Made by a program: the position numbers and the translations under genes
Part shown: one piece after another, positions 1-10,812 of the stretch
Layout: each line of letters opens with the position of its first letter
Position numbering within the stretch: the stretch's first letter is position 1
NCBI GenBank assembly: GCA_025594325.1
Contig: JANHCV010000011.1
Coordinates: 372,001-436,000 of the forward strand
Reading direction: 5' to 3'
Source of the DNA: Blastocladiella emersonii ATCC 22665
Lineage: Eukaryota; Fungi; Blastocladiomycota
Length of the DNA stretch: 64,000 bases
The notes under the pieces: model-generated
Database searches by the model: none
What the model saw: the letters and a program-made list of their open reading frames with translations, nothing else
Told to the model about the DNA's origin: nothing

Positions 1-2177
1 GCTCGCGTGGTGTAACGATGGGACTGCACTGCTCTCTGGTACGGTCTAGGCGTACGAGGTCTCTAGACCCGACTGAAGCTCGTTCTAATAGGCGGCGAGG
101 ATGGGATCATCAAGATCTGGTCCAAGTCGGGTATGCTGCGGTCGACCTTCATCACCCAGAGTACGTTACATACCGCTTCAGCATTGCGAGCGGGCGTCAA
201 CTGATGAGCACACCCGTATCGCAGGCTCTCCTGTCTTCTCGGCTGCGTGGTCCGCCGACGGAAGCCAGATCCTCTTCACGACCAACCGCTCGCTCTCCGT
301 GAAGCCGCTTCAGGCCGGGACCAAGACGAACACGGTCCGTCGCCGAACTACACCTAGCGAAACCGATCCCACTCACACCTCGCGAATGTCTAGTGGAAGG
401 CGCACGAGGGCGTCATCCTCAAGGCCGTGTGGAACGAGACGACGGGGCTCATCGTGTCGGGCGGCGAGGACAAAAAGTACAAGGTGTGGGACGCGTTCGG
501 GCGGCTGTTGTACTCGTCGCAGATGCTCGAGCACACCATCACGTCGCTCGCGTGGTCCATCAACGGCGAGTCGTTTGCTGTCGGCAGCTTCAACAACATT
601 CGCGTGTGTGACCGGCTCGGGGTACGGTCTCCCTCTGACGGCTTTCGTGCACATCGAGCTGACCGACACGCCGCGTGTAGTGGACGCTGGCGGCATCCTC
701 GGTGGAAGCGGGCAGCCTGCTCAACCTCAGCTGGATGCCCGACGGCACGACGCTGGCCTTTGTGAGCGCGCGCGGCAACGTCGGGTTCGCGCACACAGTG
801 GACCGGCGGGTCGAGTGGCGCAACATCGAGGTGGACATTCTCGACGACAAAATCGTGAGCATCAAGGACGCGCGCACGGGGCACGAGGAGCAGCTCGACT
901 TCAAGGACAAGCTGGTGCATGTCGGGATCGCCTTCTCGACGGTGCTGCTGCTGACGCGCACGCAGGGGCATGTCTTCAACTTTGGCAAGTCGCTCAACGC
1001 CTTTGACCTGCCGTCGGGCATCACGTCAGGCGGGCGCGTCGTGGCCGTGCGCCAGGCCAAGTCCCACTTCGCGACCGTCGACCCGCTCGTCGGCGTCACC
1101 GTGTTCACGTACGCGGGCAAGCCCGTGTGCACCATCAAGCTGCCGCGCGCCGACACGCTGCACGAGGGCGTGCTCGCGCTCAACGACGAGCTGGTCGCGG
1201 TGCGCGACCCGGGCAACGAGTGCGCGGTCCTCACGTTCGATGTTCTGTCGGGCAAGCCCATCAACACGTACAAGCACGGGCACGCTGTGCGGCAGCTGGA
1301 CGTGGACCACGTCGGGCTGTCCAAGACGCTGGCCATCATCGACAAGAACGGCGACCTGCACGTGGCGCAGCTGTCGCGCGGGACGTTTGTCAAGCTCGGC
1401 GGGATGGCCGACTCGATGCGGTTCTGCGAGGAGACGCCGCTGCTGGCGAGCGTCATGGACGGGCGGCTGACGTTCTGGATGTACCCGGGGGTCGTGTTTG
1501 TTGACAGCGACCTGCGTCTGGCGACGCGGCGCGTCAAGGACCACGTCAAGAGCGCGCGGATCCAGTGGTTTGCCGGGTCGCAGTGCCTGCTGCGGCGGAC
1601 GGACGGGTCGGGGATGGTGGTCGGGTGGACGTGCCCGTTCACGCGGCCGCTGCACGAGCTCGCGGCGCGCAAGAAGTGGGACGCGTGCGTGACGCTGTGC
1701 CGCGCGGCCAAGGCGCAGGACCTGTGGGCGGTGCTGGCGGCGCTGGCGCTCAACGGCAACGAGCTCAACACGGCCGAGGTCGCGTACGCGGCCATCGACG
1801 ACGCCAACAAGGTGCAGTACATGTGCTACGTGCGCGAGCTCAAGAGCACCGAGCTGCGCACCGCCGAGATGCACGTCTTCAAGCGCCAGTTCAAGGAGGC
1901 CGAGACCATCCTGCTGTCGTCGGGCAACCCGTACCTCGCGATCCGCATGTGGATCAACCTGCACAACTGGGACCGCGCCCTCGACCTCGCCACGCGGTAC
2001 AAGGATTTCCTGCCCGTGGTCGCGGCCAAGCGTGCCGACTACCTCGCGCGCATGGCCGTCGCCGAGCGCAGCAAGCGGTTCCTCCAGCTCGCGCAGGCCG
2101 TGCAGCCCGACCGCGAGCAGGTCCAGGCGCTGGTCCTCGCCGAGGAGCGCAAGGCCGGCATCGCCGCCGCCCGCTGA
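1..2177 (+). CDS. IFT80: Intraflagellar transport protein 80 (WDR56), 5'-truncated by the window edge
   Basis: Spliced exons about <1-38, 92-150, 225-334, 394-621 and 681-2177, separated by GT..AG introns. They give [92 protein letters not shown], matching the IFT80 WD40 repeats. The C-terminal helical region reads [33 protein letters not shown]. Confidence 0.93.
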
Positions 2178-2467
2178 AGTCACACGCAGCTGCTGATTCC
2201 CATACATGATCACTTCTTTCAAACGCGCTCTTCGAAGAGGCGGGGCGATGGCCCACGATCCCGCGCAGAGGAAGAATTCCGGTTGAAAGACCGGGGCCGT
2301 GGAGGCGGCCAGCTGACACTGGGCCTGGTCCCGAGCGCGGCGACGACGCTGACAGCGGCTCCCGCTTCCCACCGCGACGCTGCCCTCAAAACCCTCGGCC
2401 TCCCGCCGAGCACGATGCAACCATGTATCTCCTTGCAACGGCCAGCCTGCGCTAGAAACCGACCGAC

Positions 2468-4462
2468 ATGCCCGCGACGACGCACCCGATCGCCGACGGC
2501 CCCGACCCGAGCGATGAGCGGGCACCGCTCCTGCCCATCGGCGACGACAACGGATCTGCGGCCAGTCGCCCCGATAGCACCGATGCGGCACCGCGCAGCG
2601 TGAGTCCGGAGCTGCTCGCTCTGTTCGCCAAGCCGTGGTATCAGCGGGCGCCGCTCGTCGCCGTAATGCTCGGCAGTTTGATTCCCATCGTATTCCTGCT
2701 GGCGTGCGTCCCGTCCTCCACCCAGGCCGTCATGACGTGGGCGTGCGACCGCGAGCTGCAGCTGCACCCGGAGCTCGTCCTCGGGCTGGCCGAGGGTGAC
2801 CCGCGCTCGCTGTGCACCGGCGCCGCGGGCGGGCTCGAGCTCCTCGTCCAAAAGCGCGCCAGCAGCGTTATCTCGACGGGCAGCACGCTCTCGAGTATCC
2901 TCAGTACGCTTCTTTGCCCGCCTTGTACACCCAGAGCACGAACTGACGTCCATCGCCGCCCGACAGCCCTGTTCACGACGTCGATCTGGGGCGTCATGTG
3001 CGACGTGCTCGGCCGGCTGCCCGTGTTCCGCATCTCGCTCATCGCGTACGCCGCGCTGCTGCTCGGGAGCGCCTCGCTCGCGCTGGCGCCGCTGCACTGG
3101 AACCCGGGGCTCTACTACTTCTTCTACGCGTTCGCTGGCGTGCTGGGCGGCGTTAACACACTCAACATCGCGCTCAACGCGTATCTCACGGACCTGACGC
3201 TCGACCACGAGCGCGGCGAGATGTTCGGCATGTTCCAAGGCCTGCTTTCGTGCACCGCCATGGTATCGCCGCTGCTCGGCGCGTGGATTGTCAGCGCCAC
3301 GGGTGGCGCCGTCGCGCCGCTCCTGGTCGTCGGCACCCTGGTCGTCGGCACGTCGCCGCTCCTGTTCCTCGCGATCCGCGAGCCGCCGCGCACCGGCCCG
3401 CGCCCAGCCATGTCGCTGGCCGTCGTCAAGGCGATGCTGCTCAACCCGTTCGCGGCGCTCGACGTGTTCCGGCCGCGGTGGGCGCCCGGGTCGCTGTACC
3501 GGTTCTACCTCGTCATCGTGTGGATCCTGCTCCAGCTCGCCGAAACGCTCGCGATGAACACGTGGACGCTGTTCACGGCGCTCCAGTTCGGCTGGGGCGG
3601 CGTCGAGTGGAGCCTCGTCATGACGGGCAAGTCTGCGCTCGCCGCGTTCCTCACGATGGTCGCGTACCCGCTCCTCGCGCGGTTCCTTGGCCGGTGGCTC
3701 CAGGTCGACCAGGTCTCGGTCGAGCCCTCGGGCAGCCATGCGCGCGAGTCCGAGGACGAGGACGTTCAGGTCAACGGCGACGCGACCGACGCCAACACGC
3801 TGCTCAACTCGGCGTCCGCCACCCGCCGGAAGCACGCGTACCGCCGCGGCGCGAGCCCAGTCGACTCGGGGGCCGGGACCGCGTACGATCACGGCGACCA
3901 CGACGACGAAAACGACGCGACGAGCGTGGCCGGGTCGACCATGACCTCGGACACGGCGTCGCTGCTGAGCGTTCGCGAGGCCGAGGAGCTGGCGATGCGC
4001 GAGTACGACCGGCGCATCAAGGCGAGCGCGCTCGACACACCCTCCATCGCCTTCACCTCGTTCATCGACTGCGTCGCCCTCATTGCCCAGGGCCTCGCGC
4101 GGACCGGCGGCATGTTCGCGGTCGCGTCACTGATCCGGTCCGCGACCTCGCTCGTGACCCCGATCCGGTCAGCACAGCTGTCGCGGCTCGTCCCGCCCAA
4201 CATGGTCGGGCGGCTGTTCGCCGCCGAGGCGCTCGTCACGGCCGCGGCGTCGATCCCGATCCCAATGCTCGCCAACTGGCTGTACCGCGAGTCGCTCAAG
4301 CGCGACCCGAGCGCCGGCGGACCCGTCCTGCCCGGCGGCGACCTCTTCTTTGTCGCCGCGGCCTTCTCGCTCGTCGCGTTCGTGTCGTCGACCGTGGTCT
4401 CGGTCCTCGTCGAGCGCCACCGCCGCCAGGCGCGCGCCAAAACCACCGCGGTCTCGCCGTGA
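2468..4462 (+). CDS. Major facilitator superfamily transporter (SLC46-like)
   Basis: About 12 hydrophobic segments and MFS motifs WGVMCDVLGRLPV and AYLTDLTLDHERGEMFG. N-terminal acidic-dileucine-like DERAPLL. Probable in-frame 63-nt intron at 2904-2966 (GTACGC..CTGAC..CAG). Confidence 0.85.
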   Translation: MPATTHPIADGPDPSDERAPLLPIGDDNGSAASRPDSTDAAPRSVSPELLALFAKPWYQRAPLVAVMLGSLIPIVFLLACVPSSTQAVMTWACDRELQLHPELVLGLAEGDPRSLCTGAAGGLELLVQKRASSVISTGSTLSSILSTLLCPPCTPRARTDVHRRPTALFTTSIWGVMCDVLGRLPVFRISLIAYAALLLGSASLALAPLHWNPGLYYFFYAFAGVLGGVNTLNIALNAYLTDLTLDHERGEMFGMFQGLLSCTAMVSPLLGAWIVSATGGAVAPLLVVGTLVVGTSPLLFLAIREPPRTGPRPAMSLAVVKAMLLNPFAALDVFRPRWAPGSLYRFYLVIVWILLQLAETLAMNTWTLFTALQFGWGGVEWSLVMTGKSALAAFLTMVAYPLLARFLGRWLQVDQVSVEPSGSHARESEDEDVQVNGDATDANTLLNSASATRRKHAYRRGASPVDSGAGTAYDHGDHDDENDATSVAGSTMTSDTASLLSVREAEELAMREYDRRIKASALDTPSIAFTSFIDCVALIAQGLARTGGMFAVASLIRSATSLVTPIRSAQLSRLVPPNMVGRLFAAEALVTAAASIPIPMLANWLYRESLKRDPSAGGPVLPGGDLFFVAAAFSLVAFVSSTVVSVLVERHRRQARAKTTAVSP

Positions 4463-4749
4463 TCCGGCTGGCCGACAGTTTTGTTTGATAAACCATATGT
4501 ACACGTCCCGTCGTGAAGCAGCAGAGCCCTGAACGTCTCCGCGAAGCCCTTTGACGCGTCCCTGCAGGAGCCGCCTTTGAGTCACGGCTGGATTGCGAGT
4601 CACGGCGCGCCGATCGTCTCGCCGGCGCGTCAACACAGCCCGCCGCGCCGCGCACTCTCTGTATTTAACCCATGTAACGCTCGCCAGACTCGCGGCAACG
4701 CGCCAACTCTTGCCCTATCCGTGCGCTCTTGGAACGGCCCACTCAAGTC

Positions 4750-6612
4750 ATGGGCGTCCGCGACCTCCTCCCGCTGATCCGGACACAGGCGCCGCACCTG
4801 TACCGGCCGCTGCGCGACGCCGGGCAGCTGCGCGGGCGCACGCTCGCCGTCGACGGCCAGCTGTTCCTGCACCGGTTCTGGTTCGGCGGCGCCAAGCGGC
4901 TCTCGTTTATCACGGACGAGGCCGCGCGTAGGCGGTTCAAGCCGCACGTCCAGTGCCTGTTCGACATGCTCGAGTTCGCCGACGCGTTCGGCATCAAGCT
5001 GCTGTTCGTGTTCGACGGCGAGCGCCGGCTCGACGCCAAGCTCCGCGTCGCACATGTCCAGCGCGCCGCCGCGCGCGACCGACAGATCGAGCTGCTCGGC
5101 TTCGCGGCGGCGTCGAAGGCGCGGCTCGTCGAGGCCATGAACGGCGCAATCGAGGCGGCTGGCGCGGCGGCTGGGGGTGACGGGCTCGTCCAGGAACCCC
5201 TCGCCGATGAGCTGTCCGAACAGCTCGAGGCCCTCGAGCTGCGCCAGCTCAACCGGTCGCCCGTGCCCGACACGAGCCCGCTGCCGACCGCCGACGCGCT
5301 GTTCCCGCGGCTCGTCGGCGAGATCCGCATCGAGGACGCCGAGCCGCGGCTGGAACCCGCGACCGCCGAGTCGCTGGTCGGCTCCGAGCCGTCGCTCACA
5401 CCAGGCGACGACGAGATCCCGCTCGCTGCCGAACCAACTGGCGCTGACGCGCTGCCGTGGACCGATCCCGTCCTCGCCGGGAGCGCGCCGCCCGAGGAGA
5501 TCCCGCTCGACGCGCCGCCATCAACCGAGGACGTGCCACCATCCACCGAGACCGAGACCGCGGCATCTGCCGAGGAAGCGGCCTCGGCGCTGCTCAAGTC
5601 GAGCCGCGAGCAGCTGCGCGAGATCCTGCACCAGTCCGTGTCCGCACGCGATTTGGAGAAGATCGCCGCGAGCCAGGTGGCTATCGAGAGCGCACCCGGG
5701 CCTTCCTCGATGCCGGGTGCCGACGTGATCGTGGCCGACGTGATCGCGTCGACCGGGCGTGCCAACGTGCAGGTGATGCTCCGCGACGTGCTGGCGGCCG
5801 AGGAGCACACCCCCGAGACCCTCGCCGCGGCCGTGCAGCAGTTCGAGCGCGAGGAGCGGCGGCTGCAGCTCACATCGTCGGGCCTCCCCTCCGGCGCCGT
5901 GGCCGACGTGCTCAAGCTGCTGGCGTCGCGCCGGATCCCGTTCATGTTCGCGCCGCCGGGCACCGAGGGCGAGCAGGTGTGCGGCGCCCTGGTGCACCTC
6001 GGGCACGCCGACCTGGCCGTCTCGGACGACACGGACACGGCGCTCTTCTTCCCGCAGGTGCCCGTCCTGCGCGAGTTCTTTCGGTACAACAAGCGCCCGC
6101 ACATCCTGGGCCCGGTCGCTGAGGACCTGCACCGCGCGCTCGGCCTGCAGTCGTTTGCCTCGCTCATCGACCTGTGCGTGCTGTGCGGGTGCGACTACTC
6201 GGGCAAGATCGCGGGCGTCGGCCGCGCCATCGGGCTCAAGCTGCTGCGCGAGCACGGTTCCATCGAGGCCGTGCTCGACGCGAAGCCCAACCTGCGCGCC
6301 AAGTGCGACGAGACCATGGACGCGGCCGCGGCCCGCGCCGTGTTCGCCAACGAGTTCCTCGACCTCGCCGAGGTCGACGCCGCGGCCAAGGCGGCGGTCC
6401 AGCTCACGCGCGACGCGGACCTCGACAAGGTCACCGAGTGGGAAATCCCGACCATGCCCGGCGAGATGCTCGACATGACGGCCACCGAGACCCAGGTCAT
6501 CGACGCCTACGCGATCCAGCCGTTCGACCTCGACCGGTCTGTCGAGGGGTGGCCGCCGCTTGTGGACGGCGTCGAGACGGCGGATCTGGGCGCTGTGCCG
6601 TCCAGACGTTGA
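4750..6612 (+). CDS. XPG/FEN1 (Rad2)-family structure-specific 5' nuclease with a long acidic spacer
   Basis: XPG-N motifs MGVRDL, LAVDG and LFVFDG..K; XPG-I motifs EGEQVC and SDDTDTALF; H3TH motif LCGCDYSGKIAGVGRAIGLKLLREHGSIEAVL. ATG at 4750. Confidence 0.88.
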   Translation: MGVRDLLPLIRTQAPHLYRPLRDAGQLRGRTLAVDGQLFLHRFWFGGAKRLSFITDEAARRRFKPHVQCLFDMLEFADAFGIKLLFVFDGERRLDAKLRVAHVQRAAARDRQIELLGFAAASKARLVEAMNGAIEAAGAAAGGDGLVQEPLADELSEQLEALELRQLNRSPVPDTSPLPTADALFPRLVGEIRIEDAEPRLEPATAESLVGSEPSLTPGDDEIPLAAEPTGADALPWTDPVLAGSAPPEEIPLDAPPSTEDVPPSTETETAASAEEAASALLKSSREQLREILHQSVSARDLEKIAASQVAIESAPGPSSMPGADVIVADVIASTGRANVQVMLRDVLAAEEHTPETLAAAVQQFEREERRLQLTSSGLPSGAVADVLKLLASRRIPFMFAPPGTEGEQVCGALVHLGHADLAVSDDTDTALFFPQVPVLREFFRYNKRPHILGPVAEDLHRALGLQSFASLIDLCVLCGCDYSGKIAGVGRAIGLKLLREHGSIEAVLDAKPNLRAKCDETMDAAAARAVFANEFLDLAEVDAAAKAAVQLTRDADLDKVTEWEIPTMPGEMLDMTATETQVIDAYAIQPFDLDRSVEGWPPLVDGVETADLGAVPSRR

Positions 6613-7010
6613 CTTGGTAATATACTCGTTTTGAGAGCAAGCGTTTTCGGGGGGAGCTAGCAACGGGTCACGCGACCCCAGCTGACGCGAGGCGCACCGT
6701 GGTGGCCGAGCCGCCCAGCCCGCCGCGGCCGCCGCGCGCGCCGCGCCCTGGCCGGCCAGCCCTGCGAGCCACACGCGGGCCCCACCCTTCCAGTTGTGTT
6801 CCTTCTGGACGCGGACATCTCGACGTAACAGCAACAGCAGTAGCAGCAGCAAGGCGCAGTTCGTGTGAGCGCATCCGCCCCACCATCACCCTGCTCGTCG
6901 TCGCCATCACGGCGCCCCACCCCCTCGCCCCGATACAGCGAGATCTCCCCCTTCCTTTCCTCCTCCACCCGCTGCCACCCGCGACCGCGTAACCGGACAC
7001 ACACAGCAAG

Positions 7011-8897
7011 ATGGCGTACTACAACTTCAAGCGCATCCAGGTGGTGCCGTCGTCGAGCGACTTCGTCGACATCATCCTGTCGAAGACGCAGCGCAAGACG
7101 CCGACGGTGATCCACCCCAACTACTCGATTGGGCGCATCCGGTCCTTCTACATGCGCAAGGTCAAGTACTCGCAGGACGCCTTCAACGAGAAGTTCACGT
7201 CGCTGCTCAACCAGTTCCCCAAGCTCGAGGACATCCACCCGTTCTACGCCGACCTGATGAACGTGCTGTACGACAAGGACCACTACAAGCTCGCGCTCGG
7301 CCAGCTCAACACGGCGCGCCACCTCATTGAGCAGCTCGCCAAGGACTACGTCCGCCTGCTCAAGTTCGGCGACTCGCTGTACCGCTGCAAGCAGCTCAAG
7401 CGGTCGGCGCTCGGCCGCATGGCCACCATCGTCAAGGGCCACAAGGACTCGCTGGCCTACCTCGAGCAGGTCCGCCAGCATCTGGCGCGTCTGCCGTCGA
7501 TCGACCCCAACACGCGCACGCTGCTCGTGTGCGGGTACCCGAACGTCGGCAAATCGTCGTTCATGAACAAGCTGACGCGCGCCGACGTCGAGGTGCAGCC
7601 CTACGCCTTCACGACCAAGTCGCTGTTCGTCGGCCACATGGACTACGAGTACGTGCGGTGGCAGGTCATCGACACCCCCGGCATTCTCGACCACCCGCTC
7701 GAGGACCGCAACACCATCGAGATGCAGTCCATCACGGCGCTCGCCCACCTCAAGGCCGCCATCCTCTTCTTCATCGACCTGTCGGGCCAGTGCGGCTACT
7801 CGATCAAGGAGCAGGTGTCGCTGTTCCACTCGATCCGCCCGCTGTTCGCCAACAAGCCCGTGATGCTGGTCGTCAACAAGATTGACGTGCGCAAGTACGA
7901 GGACCTCGAGGGCGACGAGAAGGCGCTCATTGACGGGTGCCTGGCCGACGGCTCCGTGACCCTGGTGCAGCAGTCGTGCTGGACCGACGACGGCGTCATG
8001 AACGTGCGCAACACGGCGTGCCAGAAGCTCCTGCAGCTGCGCGTCGAGACCAAGATGCGCTCCAACAAGATCGACGACGTGCTCGGCCGCCTCAACGTGA
8101 CCATGCCGCAGCCCCGCGACAACAAGGCGCGCCCGGCCTTCATCCCCGCGGCCGTCGCCACGCGCAAGCCGTACGACGCCAACGACCCCGACCGCCGCGT
8201 CCTCGAGCGCGACCTCGAGCTCGAGGCGGGCGGCGCCGGCGTCTACAACGTCGACCTGCGCAAAAAGTACCTGCTCGCCGACGACGAGTGGAAGTACGAC
8301 GCGATGCCCGAAATCATGGACGGCAAGAACGTGGCCGACTTCTTCGACGCCGAGATCGAGGAGCGCCTGGCCGCGCTCGACCTCGAGGAGGAGCGGCTCG
8401 CGGCCGAGGGCCACTACGCGTCGGACGAGGAGGACTCGGACGCCGAGGGCATGGCCGAGCTCGAGTCGGCGGCCGCGCAACTGCGCGCCAAGAAGATTGT
8501 CATCCAGCAGGCGTCCAACCTCAAGCGCGGCAAGAACCGGCCACAGGTCGGGCTCGCCGTCAAGGCGCGCACCCGCAACCTCGACGACTTCGCCGCGGAC
8601 CTGGCCAAGGTCAGCATCACGCCCGACATGGCGCGCGCGTCGGACCGCGTCGCCGGCCAGAAGCGCGCGCGGTCCGAAGTGCGCGAGACGGACCACGACG
8701 CCAACAAGCCCAACCGCATGCTCGCCGGTCTGTCCAACAAGCGCCAGAAGACCACGACCGAGATCATGCGCCGCCAGACGCAGAAGGTCACGCTCAAGCA
8801 CGGCCGCGCCGGCGAGGCCGACCGCGCCATCAAGACCAAGATGCCCAAGCACCTGTTTGCGGGCAAGCGCGGCGCCGGCACCTCGGACCGTCGCTAG
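7011..8897 (+). CDS. NOG1: Nucleolar GTP-binding protein 1 (60S biogenesis)
   Basis: N-terminus MAYYNFKRIQVVPSSSDFVDIILSKTQRKTPT; GYPNVGKSS, YAFTTKSLFVGH, DTPGILDHPLEDRNTIEMQ, NKID; C-terminal PKHLFAGKRGAGTSDRR. Confidence 0.97.
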   Translation: MAYYNFKRIQVVPSSSDFVDIILSKTQRKTPTVIHPNYSIGRIRSFYMRKVKYSQDAFNEKFTSLLNQFPKLEDIHPFYADLMNVLYDKDHYKLALGQLNTARHLIEQLAKDYVRLLKFGDSLYRCKQLKRSALGRMATIVKGHKDSLAYLEQVRQHLARLPSIDPNTRTLLVCGYPNVGKSSFMNKLTRADVEVQPYAFTTKSLFVGHMDYEYVRWQVIDTPGILDHPLEDRNTIEMQSITALAHLKAAILFFIDLSGQCGYSIKEQVSLFHSIRPLFANKPVMLVVNKIDVRKYEDLEGDEKALIDGCLADGSVTLVQQSCWTDDGVMNVRNTACQKLLQLRVETKMRSNKIDDVLGRLNVTMPQPRDNKARPAFIPAAVATRKPYDANDPDRRVLERDLELEAGGAGVYNVDLRKKYLLADDEWKYDAMPEIMDGKNVADFFDAEIEERLAALDLEEERLAAEGHYASDEEDSDAEGMAELESAAAQLRAKKIVIQQASNLKRGKNRPQVGLAVKARTRNLDDFAADLAKVSITPDMARASDRVAGQKRARSEVRETDHDANKPNRMLAGLSNKRQKTTTEIMRRQTQKVTLKHGRAGEADRAIKTKMPKHLFAGKRGAGTSDRR

Positions 8898-9036
8898 AGC
8901 AGCTCGCTGTCCTCATGTATTTTTTCGCCTGTTTGTTACTTTCCTTACTACACGTTGTATTAGTCTACTGCTTTCGCCTGGTGAGCGAGTGAGCAAGTGA
9001 GGGATATATTCGCGCGAGCCATCAACCTGTCGTCGT

Positions 9037-10602
9037 CTACAGCATCTCCTGCATGTACTGCTGGTTGCGGCGCTCGCGGTACCGGCGGGCGAGGCCGGGG
9101 GCGACAAAGACGATGAACCCGGCGACGACCAGGACCAGCACGATGGCGGCAAAGATGACGCCAATGTTATCCGACTTGGCCGCGGGCGTCGTGTTCTTGC
9201 CGCCCTCGCTGTTCTTGGCGTCGCTGCCCGGGATCACCGTCGACGCACCCGTGTACGGCGCGACGGTGCCGGCGGCACACTCGTCGGCGTTCGCGGGGAC
9301 GATCCGCAGCGGGCTGTCAGCGGACAGCGGCGACGCCGCCGAACACTTGTCGGCGTCGAGCGGCGCCGAGTACCCCTCGTCGGACGCCATGTTGCGGAGG
9401 AACCGGCGCTTGAGGTATCCCTCGCCCTGGGCCTGCGGGTACAGGATCGAGACGAGGTCCGACAGCAGGAAGGCGGCGAGCTGGTGGCGCGCGACGGGGA
9501 ACTCTTCCTGGCCGTTGGTCGCGCGGCTGCGGTCGACGGCGTACAGCTGGCGGCCCTGCGCGAACGGGTAGGGCGCTTCGGCGAGCGAGTTGGCGCCGAG
9601 GTCCTTGAGCCAGTCGATCAGCTCGACGTTCTTGCCGCGGCGCGGCGTCGCGTCGATCACGACGTGCGCGGACGCGAGCGTCGACAGGAGCTTGTCGCTG
9701 GTGACGGTGACGGGGGCCGCGAGCGGCGTCGCGCCGGCGTCGGCGATGAGCGCGCGCGGGAACACGCCCTGGTTGACGGTCCACTTGGACTTGTTGTCGG
9801 GGTCGGCGAGCGCGATCCACGCGACCACGGGTTTGGGCGTCGGGACCTGCGCGACCTGGGTCTTGCGGCACGCGTAGGCGCGCGCAATCGACTCGTACAG
9901 GGCGTCCGCCGCGGCCTCGGCGTTGAAGAAGGCGCCCATGAACTTGACCCACTCGGCCTGCTGCAGCGGCGACCCGTCGAGCGTCGGGGCCTTGAAGGTG
10001 ACGGTCTTCGGGTTGGCGGCATCGGGCGCGGCCGTGAAGAGCACCGAGTAGTCGTCGGAGCGCACCGAGGGTGTGTACTCGGCCCACGACCCGTTGGCCT
10101 TGGCGGCCTGCGCGCAGGGGAGGACGAGGTCGTCGCCCCAGGGGGACGCGTACTTGACGGCACCCCCAAACCCGAGCGCGAGCAGCGTGTCGAGGGCGTT
10201 GCCCGAGGACGTCGCGGCGACGGCGACGGGGATGTTGATGACCTTGGTGCCGACGGGGAACACCTTCATGTCGTTGTCGGGGATCGGCGGCGCGTTGCAC
10301 ATCTTGAGCAGGTACGTCTGGCCGTCGGCCTGCACGTGCTTGTAGTACTTTTTATAGTTGATGGTGAACCCCGCGCCCGCGTCGGGCTTGGACTTGACGG
10401 GGAAGTAGTCGGTCCCCGGCGTGTACGACGTCAGCGGGCACGCCGTCGGGCCGGTGCCCTGCGCGGCGACGCCGGGCGCAGTGGCGAGGAGGGCGAGGAC
10501 CGCGGCCGCGGCGACGGCGGCGAGCAGCATGCCGCCTGCTGCTGGGCATCGCTGCTGCGGGTGCATCGTCGTCGTTGTTGCTGCTACTGCTGGATGTTTC
10601 AT
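9037..10602 (-). CDS. Type I membrane protein with a class III (BtuF/FhuD-like) substrate-binding domain; CBA1-like
   Basis: Signal peptide (MLLAAVAAAAVLALLATAPGVAAQ); YFPVK..FTINY..YK; PLQQAEWVKFMGAFFNAE..LYESIARAYAC; LLSDLVSILYP..RRFLRN; C-terminal TM IGVIFAAIVLVLVVAGFIVFVA followed by RRYRERR. The start could be a downstream ATG. Confidence 0.72.
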   Translation of the reverse strand: MKHPAVAATTTTMHPQQRCPAAGGMLLAAVAAAAVLALLATAPGVAAQGTGPTACPLTSYTPGTDYFPVKSKPDAGAGFTINYKKYYKHVQADGQTYLLKMCNAPPIPDNDMKVFPVGTKVINIPVAVAATSSGNALDTLLALGFGGAVKYASPWGDDLVLPCAQAAKANGSWAEYTPSVRSDDYSVLFTAAPDAANPKTVTFKAPTLDGSPLQQAEWVKFMGAFFNAEAAADALYESIARAYACRKTQVAQVPTPKPVVAWIALADPDNKSKWTVNQGVFPRALIADAGATPLAAPVTVTSDKLLSTLASAHVVIDATPRRGKNVELIDWLKDLGANSLAEAPYPFAQGRQLYAVDRSRATNGQEEFPVARHQLAAFLLSDLVSILYPQAQGEGYLKRRFLRNMASDEGYSAPLDADKCSAASPLSADSPLRIVPANADECAAGTVAPYTGASTVIPGSDAKNSEGGKNTTPAAKSDNIGVIFAAIVLVLVVAGFIVFVAPGLARRYRERRNQQYMQEML

Positions 10603-10812
10603 TGTCTAGTTCATGGGTGTGTGCGATCCGGCATGCGAGCGAGGAGGAGGAGGAGAGGTGTCCGTCCTCGCAAGCTCGACCCAACATGCAACGTGGTTGC
10701 CGTGTGGTGGCGGCGGCGGCGGCCCGGCGGCTCGGAGATCACGCCCGAAGTATTGCCGGGAGACACTCGCGTTTCGGCGGGTTTTGCGAGACAGGTTTCG
10801 CGCACGTGCGCG

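Noticed and set aside
2904-2966. Stop-free, 3n-length introns (MFS 63 nt, promethin 81 nt, IQCH about 72 nt) suggesting regulated intron retention
   Set aside because: These are expected by chance for short GC-rich introns, and there is no direct evidence of retention.
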